Shown: piece after piece, positions 48,457 through 56,760 of the stretch
How positions within the stretch are numbered: the first letter of the stretch is position 1
Layout of the letters: each line of letters starts with the position of its first letter
NCBI GenBank assembly: GCA_965226495.1
Contig: OZ245365.1
Coordinates: 128,001-192,000, forward strand
Reading direction: 5' to 3'
Source: Candidatus Marinacidobacterales bacterium
GTDB lineage: Bacteria; Acidobacteriota; Vicinamibacteria; Marinacidobacterales; DATDRI01
Length of the DNA stretch: 64,000 bases
Notes under the pieces: model-generated
The model's database searches: none
Told to the model about the DNA's origin: nothing
The model's input: the letters and a program-made list of their open reading frames with translations, nothing else
Translations under genes and position numbers: made by a program

Positions 48457-48720
48457 TCAGCACCTGAACTCGGTCCGGATGGAGTGCTCGGCTCTCCAAG
48501 AATAAATATCGCTGCAAAAAATAATTCACTTTTTTCTTGACAGCTTATTCGCGACGATATGAACAATATCGCAGGTACGATCTGGGGTGGGCCTGTACGC
48601 GCGATAGAGAAACGGCAGTCACGTTCGTTTGCTTGGGTAGACTTCGAAAGTGTCTCGATGTGTTCGCGTTCAACACGCGCGCGCACAGAGCGTCAAAAAA
48701 AGCCGTGCTATAAGTAGCGC

Positions 48721-49899
48721 ATGAACAAAAAAGACGGATTGAAATCGCTTTCCGATGACCAGCTTCTTGTTCGACTGTCGAACGTTTTGAAACAGTCGCG
48801 GCGTGTCGAGTCGGTTCTTGTTGCGCATATCGCCGAAGTCGATGCGCGCCGACTGTATGCCCGTGAAGCTTCGTCATCGATGTTCAATTACGCCACCGAC
48901 GTGCTGCACTTATCCGAGGCAGAAGCCTACCTACGGATAGCCGCCGCACGGGCGTCGCGCCGACATCCGGCACTGCTGACGATGCTCGACGATGGGCGTC
49001 TTCACTTGAGCGGCATCGCGGTGCTGGCGCCGTATCTTACCGACACCAATTGCGAGGGGCTTCTGGCTCGAGCAACTCACAAGACCAAGCGCGAGCTCCT
49101 GGTACTGGTGGCGGAGTTTGCGCCGAAGCCGGATGTCTCGGCCTCCATCCGGAAGCTTCCGAAGCAGAGACAGAATCCGGCAAGCGAACACCGTACGTCA
49201 GGCGCCGCGGAAAGTACTCCGTCCGGAAAGAGTCCAGCTGTTGAACCTGCCTCCGCCCCGGCTCCCGAACCGGCGAACAGGCCTCCAGTCGTCGAGCCGC
49301 TGGCGCCTGCGCGGTACCGAGTGCAGTTCACAGCGAGCGCCGAGCTTCACGACAAGCTCCAACGGCTCGCGGCGCTCATGCCGGGTGCCGACCTCGCTTC
49401 CATGATCGAAGCGTCCGTGACGGAGAAACTCGAGCGGCTCGAGGCCAGGCGCCTAGGCAAAGTAAAGAATCCGAGAAAGAGCCTCGAAGATGCCGACACG
49501 TCCCCGGGAGTGCGCGGAATTCCCGCTCCGGTGAGGCGTTTCGTGTGGGAGCGTGATCAGGCTCAATGCACATTTGAGAGCAGCGACGGTAGACGATGTC
49601 CCGAGCGCCTAGGGCTGCAGTTCCATCACCACGATCCTTACGGGCTCGGCGGCGATCGAAGTGCCAACAATGTTAGGCTCCTATGTGGTCCGCACAATCT
49701 CTACATGGCGGAGATGGACTACGGCAAAGACAAGATGGAGCGGTACCGCCGTCTGGCAAGCTATAGTTCTGCAACAACGGTTCGTGAACCGAAGCCGTCG
49801 TTTCAACTCTTTCCGGACAGAGTTCATGAATCGCCGCCCCTTCGTGCTGCGGTGCAACTCGCAACGAAGGACGGCGCCGCACCTCGAGCCGTTCTCTAG
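48721..49899 (+). CDS. HNH endonuclease with DUF222-like N-terminal helical domain
   Basis: HIAEVDARRLY..EAYLRIAAAR..GRLHLS N-domain; RDQAQC...C....FHH.....GG....N..LLC..HN HNH motif; TGCTATAAG 6 nt before the ATG suggests a leaderless mRNA. Confidence 0.85.
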   Translation: MNKKDGLKSLSDDQLLVRLSNVLKQSRRVESVLVAHIAEVDARRLYAREASSSMFNYATDVLHLSEAEAYLRIAAARASRRHPALLTMLDDGRLHLSGIAVLAPYLTDTNCEGLLARATHKTKRELLVLVAEFAPKPDVSASIRKLPKQRQNPASEHRTSGAAESTPSGKSPAVEPASAPAPEPANRPPVVEPLAPARYRVQFTASAELHDKLQRLAALMPGADLASMIEASVTEKLERLEARRLGKVKNPRKSLEDADTSPGVRGIPAPVRRFVWERDQAQCTFESSDGRRCPERLGLQFHHHDPYGLGGDRSANNVRLLCGPHNLYMAEMDYGKDKMERYRRLASYSSATTVREPKPSFQLFPDRVHESPPLRAAVQLATKDGAAPRAVL

Positions 49900-49912
49900 C
49901 TCCTGCCAGCCT

Positions 49913-50221
49913 ATGCCGTCTGATTCCGATGACTTCTTTCCTGAGCCGGTGCGGGTGCCGGTGCAAGATAGCTTCGATCTCCATACTTTTTCTCCTCGCG
50001 ACATACCTTCCGTCGTGGAGTCCTATCTCGAGGCCGCAGTCGACGCAGGATTCGAAGAAGTGCGGCTCATCCACGGCCGAGGGAAAGGTGTTCAGAAAGA
50101 GGTGGTCCGCCGAGTCCTTTCGAAACACCCTCGCGTTTCGAGCTTCCGCGAGGCGCCTCCAGACCGCGGGGGCTGGGGCGCAACGCTAGCGTGGCTAAAG
50201 AAGAAAGATCAGACGGAATAA
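49913..50221 (+). CDS. Stand-alone Smr/MutS2 domain protein
   Basis: DLHTF, VRLIHGRGKG, RGGWGAT. Confidence 0.88.
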   Translation: MPSDSDDFFPEPVRVPVQDSFDLHTFSPRDIPSVVESYLEAAVDAGFEEVRLIHGRGKGVQKEVVRRVLSKHPRVSSFREAPPDRGGWGATLAWLKKKDQTE

Positions 50222-50229
50222 CAGGAGTA

Positions 50230-50340
50230 CCCTCACCCTACCCTCTCCCAACCCTCACCCAGGCCCTCTCCCAGAGGGAGAGGGATTCCCAGAGGGAGAG
50301 GGATTAACGGAAGACGAGACCACCGCAAAGGGAGAGGGAG
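50230..50340. repeat. Cluster of REP-like family A units between convergent genes
   Basis: CCCTCACCC..CCCTCTCCC..GGGAGAGGG units repeated several times. Confidence 0.75.
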
Positions 50341-50366
50341 AGAAGGAAGCCACGATCATGTTGTTC

Positions 50367-51644
50367 TTACGGGGAAATCAATGACGGGAGCCATAGGCTC
50401 AACGGCGGAAAGAACGTCACCAGCAGCAGCACCGCGAGCATCGCTAGGATGAAGTAGATGTTCACGCGCATGACCTCACCCATCGGCACTTTTGCAATCG
50501 AGCAAGTGGTAATGAGCACCGAAGCCACCGGTGGTGTTTGCTGGCCGATGGCTAGGCTGACGGTGACCATGAGCCCGAAGTGGATGGGATCGATTCCCAG
50601 CTCGGTGGTTAGCGGCAAGAGGATAGGGACGAGAAGAATAATCGCGGCGGCGCTGTGGAGCATCGTTCCGGCCACCAGCCACAGGCCGTCGATAATGAGG
50701 AGAGCACCGATTTTCCCGTCGATGTGAGCCAGCATGAATGAGGTCAACCGCTCGGGCACTTGCTGGTTGGCCAGGTACCAGCCGAGAACCGCCGAACCCG
50801 CGACCAAGATCATGACCACCGCGGTCTGCGCGGCGGCGTCCACGAGAATGGGTCTCAGATCTTTTCTTTCGAGGGAACGATAAACGAAGAATCCCAACAC
50901 CAAGGCTAGAATGACTGCGACTGCGGCCGCCTCGGTCGCAGTGAAGACGCCCGCGAAGATCCCTCCTAAGATCACGAGAGGCAGGGCGAGCGCCAGAAAC
51001 GCGCGACGGAAACCCACTGCGACACGCTTCCAGGCAAAGGGTTCCGATTCGGCAAAACCCCCGCGACGCGCGAGCCAGTAGCTCGTCAACATGATCGCCA
51101 CGCCACACAAAACACCTGGTAGGACGCCGGCCATGAACAGTTTCACGATCGACGAACCCGTGATTGCACCGTAAAGAATCATCGGAATCGAAGGTGGAAT
51201 GATGATGGCGATGGTGGCCGATGACGAAAGCACCGCTGCAGCGAAACGCGCGGGATAGCCTCTTTCCTTCATCGCGGGAATGAGCACGCTTCCCAAGGCC
51301 GCGGCATCCGCCACCGCGGAGCCCGAGATCTCGGAGAAGAACATACTGGAGACCGTGGTGGTCATGGCCAGTCCGCCTCTTATGAATCCAACCAGGCTAT
51401 TCGCAAGCTCCACCAATCGATGGGAGATTCCGGCCCGATTCATCAGAGAGCCGGCCAGGATGAAAAGGGGCACCGCTACCATAGGAAAGCTGTCGGTGCC
51501 GTTGAAGAGGCGGAGTGGCACCACGACGAGTGGTGTGTTCGTCGTAAGTGCAATCAAGACGATGCTCGCCGCGATCAGCACGTAGCCGATGGGGAGGCCA
51601 ACCAAGGCCAAGAGCGCGACGAGAACGAGGAGTAAGAGCTCCAT
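50367..51644 (-). CDS. dctM: TRAP transporter large permease
   Basis: VPLFILAG, ISGSAVADAAA, IIPPSIPMI, FTATEAA, IDPIHFG, TPPV. Confidence 0.93.
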   Translation of the reverse strand: MELLLLVLVALLALVGLPIGYVLIAASIVLIALTTNTPLVVVPLRLFNGTDSFPMVAVPLFILAGSLMNRAGISHRLVELANSLVGFIRGGLAMTTTVSSMFFSEISGSAVADAAALGSVLIPAMKERGYPARFAAAVLSSSATIAIIIPPSIPMILYGAITGSSIVKLFMAGVLPGVLCGVAIMLTSYWLARRGGFAESEPFAWKRVAVGFRRAFLALALPLVILGGIFAGVFTATEAAAVAVILALVLGFFVYRSLERKDLRPILVDAAAQTAVVMILVAGSAVLGWYLANQQVPERLTSFMLAHIDGKIGALLIIDGLWLVAGTMLHSAAAIILLVPILLPLTTELGIDPIHFGLMVTVSLAIGQQTPPVASVLITTCSIAKVPMGEVMRVNIYFILAMLAVLLLVTFFPPLSLWLPSLISP

Positions 51645-52132
51645 CAGCTGTCGGGCTCGTTTTGGAGGGTGCGTCCCAACTGAATGGCTTCGATCCCCAG
51701 CATCAGAAGGGCGGAGAACGGAATAACGGCATAGATGATGCCCATCGGAACTGGCAGAGTAATGGCATGGTCAGAAAGGAAACGGAAGGCAAGGAGAGCA
51801 CCATACACGAGGAGAAGTAGATGCAAAGCAATCATGAGCCCGTGGGTTAATAGAGCGGCGAACCGTTTGCCGCGACGGCCGAGCCGCTCGGCAAAGTCAC
51901 CCAACCCGATGTGCTTGCCGTCTTGACGGGCGGCCACGGCGCCCAGGAATGTGAGCCAGACCAGCAAGTAACCGGTGAACTCATCGTACCAACCAAAGCT
52001 CTTACCTAAGCCGTAGCGAAGAACGACCTCGATGAAGCAAATGATCGCCATCGACGAAAGAATGACCAACGACGTGGTCTCGAGAAGGTGGCGGATGCCG
52101 CGATCGAGCCGCTCGGCAAAACGGGGGGGCAT
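51644..52132 (-). CDS. dctQ: TRAP transporter small permease
   Basis: VVLRY...WYDE...VWLTFLG...HI pattern, four TMs. Confidence 0.9.
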   Translation of the reverse strand: MPPRFAERLDRGIRHLLETTSLVILSSMAIICFIEVVLRYGLGKSFGWYDEFTGYLLVWLTFLGAVAARQDGKHIGLGDFAERLGRRGKRFAALLTHGLMIALHLLLLVYGALLAFRFLSDHAITLPVPMGIIYAVIPFSALLMLGIEAIQLGRTLQNEPDS

Positions 52133-52146
52133 AGGATCTCGAAATT

Positions 52147-53145
52147 CTAGGGCGCGGAGTAATAGCTTCGGGCAGCCTCGACCAGGCTGTCGCCAAATCG
52201 TTCGGTGTAATGTTCGTAGACCGGAAGGCCGGCCGCCTCGAAGGCGGCCCGGTCGATGGTGTCGATCTTCAAACGCTCCTCGAGAAAGGCCAGGTGCCGC
52301 TCGTCTTCTGTTTCTCCCAGTCGACGGTGATATCGGCCCACTTCAACGGCAACTTCTTGGAGGGCGGTTCGCACGCCGTCCGGCAGCGATTCGAAGTAAG
52401 CCTGACTCATGATCGGGTAAGCCGGCGAGTACACGTGACGGGAGATGGAGAGGAATTTCTGTACTTCGTAGAATCTCGAGGGCACGATTTGGGATAGTGG
52501 GTTTTCCTGGCCATCGATGACCCCTTGTTTCAGCGCGGAGAAAACTTCTCCGAAGCTCATCGAGGTGGGGTTTGCGCCAAAAGCGCTAAAGAGCCGCACG
52601 CGTTCGGGGTCCTTGGGAGTCCGCAGCTTGATCCCCGAGAGATCCTGAGGCTTCACGATGGGTCGAACGTTGTTGGTGATCATGCGGAACCCGTTTTCCC
52701 AGAACCCAAGCAGCACGATGCCGTGTTCCAGAAGTTTCGCGGTTAGCTCTTGACCGACCGGTCCTTCCGCGATCTGTTCCATCTGGGCACGGTCTTCGAT
52801 GAGAAAAGGCAGATCGAAAAGCCCAAACATCGGCTCCACCGCGTGAAGGACCGACGAAGGCACGTGCATCTCGAGTGTACCCAGGCGCAGACCCTCCAGC
52901 ATCTCCTTGTCCTTACCGAGCTGGGCAGAGCCGTAGATTCGAACTTCCACCTTGCCAGGAAGCCGCTCTTCGAGAAGCTCCTTGAACTTGCGACAACCGT
53001 GGTCGAAGGGTGACTCGGGAAAGCCGATATGCCCGAGCCGGATGACGATCTGATCGTCATCCGAGCGTTGGCCGCATCCCCAAGTCAGAGCGACCAGAGT
53101 AGCCAGAGCGATTACCGAGAGGCAGGCTCCGAGCGTCGACTTCAT
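52147..53145 (-). CDS. dctP: TRAP substrate-binding protein (predicted lipoprotein)
   Basis: QLG, FDLPF, ENGFR, DLSGIKLR, ALKQGVIDGQENP, YEVQK; lipobox LTWGC. Confidence 0.93.
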   Translation of the reverse strand: MKSTLGACLSVIALATLVALTWGCGQRSDDDQIVIRLGHIGFPESPFDHGCRKFKELLEERLPGKVEVRIYGSAQLGKDKEMLEGLRLGTLEMHVPSSVLHAVEPMFGLFDLPFLIEDRAQMEQIAEGPVGQELTAKLLEHGIVLLGFWENGFRMITNNVRPIVKPQDLSGIKLRTPKDPERVRLFSAFGANPTSMSFGEVFSALKQGVIDGQENPLSQIVPSRFYEVQKFLSISRHVYSPAYPIMSQAYFESLPDGVRTALQEVAVEVGRYHRRLGETEDERHLAFLEERLKIDTIDRAAFEAAGLPVYEHYTERFGDSLVEAARSYYSAP

Positions 53146-53222
53146 ATCGGCCCGACACTAGCACAAAAGAGGAGGGTGGTCAGCTTGAACAGGCGTTCCG
53201 GCACGTGCGAGAATGCCACCCT

Positions 53223-56066
53223 ATGTCCGATCTGGCCCGGCAACTCGACGGTCGTATCGAGGGGGATGTTCGCTTCGATCGATACACTCGACTGCTCTAT
53301 TCCACTGATGCCAGCATTTATCAGGTTGAGCCGCTCGGCGTCGTGATACCCAAACATCGGGACGATATCGAACAGACGGTCCGGCTCGCCGCTCAAGCGG
53401 GGGTCCCGATTCTTCCTCGGGGAGGAGGCACGTCGCTCGCCGGGCAGGCAGTAGGTGAGGCGGTCATTCTCGATCTCTCCAAGTACATGAACCGCGTTCT
53501 GGAACTTTCCATGGCGGAACGCTCGGTCACGGTTCAGCCCGGCATTGTGCAGGATGGGTTGGGGGCCTATCTCAAGCTCCACGGAGTTCGCTTCGGGCCG
53601 GAGACCGCCACCAGCAACCGAGCCAACTTGGGGGGGATGATTGGCAACAATTCCGCGGGAGCACGCTCCCTCATTTATGGTAAGACGGTCGACAATGTCC
53701 TCGAGGTGAGAGCTATTCTCGCCGATGGCTCGGAGGCCGTATTCGGTCCCGTTTGGAGACAGAATCTCGAATCGAAAACAAAAGGGGATAGTTTGGAGGC
53801 GCAGATCTATCGCGCCGCAGTTTCGTTGGGAAAGGAGTATCGCAGCGAGATCGAGCAACACTATCCACGCATACCGCGTCGGGTGAGCGGCTATAACTTG
53901 GACGAGCTTCTCGATCCGGACGAGCTTAATCTGGCCAAGTTGATCGTGGGCTCGGAAGGTACGCTGGCCACCGTCATCGAGGCGAAGCTCGACGTCGTGC
54001 CCCTTCCCGCCGCCACCGGTCTCGCTGTTTTACACTTCGACAGCCTCTTGCCGGCGCTCGAAACGGCGATCGAGGCGCTGGAGCTCGAACCCTCGGCGGT
54101 GGAGCTCGTAGACCATATGGTGTTGCAGCTTGCGAGGGAATCCCTCGAGTACTCTCGCCGGCTACGTTTCGTGGAAGGGGATCCCCAGGCTCTCATCATC
54201 GTGGAGTTCTACGGCGAATCGAAGAGCGAGGTCGTTTCCAAGCTTGGCGAGCTGGAGTCGCGCCTTGGCAAGCAAGCGCAGGCCGTGGTGCGGGTCCTGG
54301 ACGTGGCGGAGCAGGCTAATGTTTGGAAGGTTAGGAAGGCCGCCCTTCCGCTTTTGTTGGGGCTCCCCGGCGATCACAAACCGATCGCCTTCGTGGAGGA
54401 CACGGCCGTCGCCCCGGAACAGCTTTCCGCCTACATTCGTCGCTTCAATGAGATCCTCGACGACAGCCAAACCGTGGGCTCCTTTTATGCGCACGCTGGT
54501 GCGGGTTGTCTCCACATACGTCCTCTCATCAACCTCAAGGATGGTTTCGAAGTTCAAAAGATGCGCCGTCTCGCAGAAGAGGTCAGCGACCTGGTTCTCG
54601 AGTTCGGCGGCGCCATGAGCGGTGAGCATGGCGACGGCTTGGCGCGCAGCCAGTTCAACAAGAAGATGTTCGGTCCCAAGCTCTATGAAGCCTTCCAGAA
54701 GCTCAAGGCGGCGTTCGATCCCCAGGGCATTATGAACCCGGGAAAAGTCGTCGAAGCTCCGTCGATGACAGAGAACCTTCGCTACGGGTCGTCTTATCAG
54801 ACGATGGACCTTTCCACGTACTTTCCCTACCGAAAGGAAGGGGGTTTCGCGCGAGCGGTGGAGCTTTGTAACGGTGCCGGAGTCTGCCGGAAGAAGCTCG
54901 ACGGAACGATGTGTCCTTCTTACATGGTGACTCAAGAGGAAGAGCACTCCACGCGTGGTCGCGCCAACGCTCTGCGGGCGGTCCTGGACGGAAGGTTGGG
55001 CCCGGAGGAGCTCACCGGCGACCGGCTCTACGAGGTCATGGATCTTTGTATCTCTTGTAAAGGGTGCAAAGCCGAGTGTCCCTCCAATGTGGACATGGCC
55101 CGGCTGAAGTCGGATTATCTCGCCATTTACTACGAGGCGCATCCTCACCCGCTCCGCGACCGTATGTTTAGCTCCGCCGAAGTGGCAGGGAGGCTCGGCG
55201 TTGCGGCGGCACCCTTATCCAATTGGGTCACCCGAAACTCGTGGTTCCGCTGGGCGCTCGAACGCTGGGGCGGCATCCATCGCCGCCGAACGATTCCACC
55301 TTACGCACGGCAGACCTTTTCCGACTGGTTCGTGAATCGTGAACCGTCCACTGGTCGCCGCCGCTGGCGAGTCGTTTTGTTCCACGACACCTTCATGAAC
55401 TACAACGATCCGCAGATCGGAGTCGCGGCCACTCGGTTGCTCGAGGCGGCGGGTTTCGACGTGCTTTTGGTCCCCAAGCGTTGCTGCGGCCGCCCCGCTA
55501 TCTCGAAGGGCATGTTGGCCGAGGCTCGTTCCCTAGCGCGAGCCAATGTGGAGATCCTGTATCCTTATGTGCAGCAGGGCTGCGCCATCGTGGGTTGTGA
55601 GCCCTCCTGTCTCCTCAGTCTTCGCGACGAATATCCGGATTTGGTCCCCGGGCCGGAGTCAGAAGCGATCGCGAAGAGAAGCTTCTTAATCGAGGAATTC
55701 TTGCCGGAATTGAAGATCAACTTCCCCGCGCCACCACCCCATGTTTTGGTTCACGGTCATTGCCACCAGAAGGCACTCTCCGGTACCGACCCATTGATGA
55801 GGTTTTTGGAGCAGACGGGCTCCCGCGTCGAGATTGTCGATTCCGGATGCTGTGGGATGGCAGGGTCTTTCGGTTACGAGCGTGAGCATTTCGATATCTC
55901 TCTAGAGATGGCGGCGCGCCGGCTTCTCCCCGCGGTGCGACAGGCATCGACCGAGACGGTCCTGGCGGCGCCGGGAACTTCTTGTCGTCACCAGATCCAG
56001 GATGGAACGGGGCGGCGCGCCTACCATCCCGTCGAAATCGTCGCTCGAGCTGCAGGGTTGCTCTGA
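53223..56066 (+). CDS. FAD-linked / Fe-S oxidoreductase (GlcD-GlcF fusion, YdiJ-like 2-hydroxyacid dehydrogenase)
   Basis: YSTDASIY, PRGGGTSLAGQ, GSEGTL, SGEHGDG, CNGAGVC, CISCKGCKAECP, CCG domains. Confidence 0.9.
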   Translation: MSDLARQLDGRIEGDVRFDRYTRLLYSTDASIYQVEPLGVVIPKHRDDIEQTVRLAAQAGVPILPRGGGTSLAGQAVGEAVILDLSKYMNRVLELSMAERSVTVQPGIVQDGLGAYLKLHGVRFGPETATSNRANLGGMIGNNSAGARSLIYGKTVDNVLEVRAILADGSEAVFGPVWRQNLESKTKGDSLEAQIYRAAVSLGKEYRSEIEQHYPRIPRRVSGYNLDELLDPDELNLAKLIVGSEGTLATVIEAKLDVVPLPAATGLAVLHFDSLLPALETAIEALELEPSAVELVDHMVLQLARESLEYSRRLRFVEGDPQALIIVEFYGESKSEVVSKLGELESRLGKQAQAVVRVLDVAEQANVWKVRKAALPLLLGLPGDHKPIAFVEDTAVAPEQLSAYIRRFNEILDDSQTVGSFYAHAGAGCLHIRPLINLKDGFEVQKMRRLAEEVSDLVLEFGGAMSGEHGDGLARSQFNKKMFGPKLYEAFQKLKAAFDPQGIMNPGKVVEAPSMTENLRYGSSYQTMDLSTYFPYRKEGGFARAVELCNGAGVCRKKLDGTMCPSYMVTQEEEHSTRGRANALRAVLDGRLGPEELTGDRLYEVMDLCISCKGCKAECPSNVDMARLKSDYLAIYYEAHPHPLRDRMFSSAEVAGRLGVAAAPLSNWVTRNSWFRWALERWGGIHRRRTIPPYARQTFSDWFVNREPSTGRRRWRVVLFHDTFMNYNDPQIGVAATRLLEAAGFDVLLVPKRCCGRPAISKGMLAEARSLARANVEILYPYVQQGCAIVGCEPSCLLSLRDEYPDLVPGPESEAIAKRSFLIEEFLPELKINFPAPPPHVLVHGHCHQKALSGTDPLMRFLEQTGSRVEIVDSGCCGMAGSFGYEREHFDISLEMAARRLLPAVRQASTETVLAAPGTSCRHQIQDGTGRRAYHPVEIVARAAGLL

Positions 56067-56067
56067 T

Positions 56068-56709
56068 ATGGCACTCGTCGTGGACATCGAGACGGTAGGA
56101 CAGGGAGTCGAAGACATTCCACCCCGGGCGCTCGACATCCTTTTCCGTGGCCTCCGTCACCAGGAGGGGAGCGAGGAGGAGATCGAGTCGCGCAAGAAGG
56201 AAATGACCGACCGGTTCGGGCTCGATCCGACCACCGGCCGCATCGTTTGTATCGGTCTATTGGATGCGGAGAGCGAGACGAAGGAGGCTTACTACGGGAC
56301 CGACGAGGGCGTGATCCTGACTTCTTTCTGGGAGTATCTCGATCGAACCCGGCCCGAGCTCTTCGTCACTTTCAACGGCAAGAGTTTCGACTTTCCTTAC
56401 ATAAATATCCGGAGCGCCATCCTGGAGATCTCGCCTAGTATTCCGCTGCCGATCCGTCGTTTCAAGACAAGCTCTCACTTCGATATTCGCGAGGTCTTGG
56501 CCGGTAACGAGCGCCATCGGCGAGGAAGCCTCGACTACTTCTGTGCTGTGTTTGGCATTCCTTCTCCGAAGACCGAGCTAGATGGATCTCAGGTGGGTCA
56601 GGCTTTTGAGGAGGGAAGACACGACGAGATCGGCCGCTACTGCCTCGCGGATTGCCTGGCCACCACCCGCCTCTATCAAAAACTGAAAGCTTTTTATCCG
56701 CCGGAGTAA
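56068..56709 (+). CDS. PolB-like 3'-5' exonuclease (RNase H-like)
   Basis: VDIET, TFNGKSFDFP, HFD, YCLAD ExoI-III motifs. Confidence 0.85.
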   Translation: MALVVDIETVGQGVEDIPPRALDILFRGLRHQEGSEEEIESRKKEMTDRFGLDPTTGRIVCIGLLDAESETKEAYYGTDEGVILTSFWEYLDRTRPELFVTFNGKSFDFPYINIRSAILEISPSIPLPIRRFKTSSHFDIREVLAGNERHRRGSLDYFCAVFGIPSPKTELDGSQVGQAFEEGRHDEIGRYCLADCLATTRLYQKLKAFYPPE

Positions 56710-56760
56710 CTGATTTGCCCAGAGAAGGATCTCGTCCGGACGGGGTTCGCGAAACCAGTC

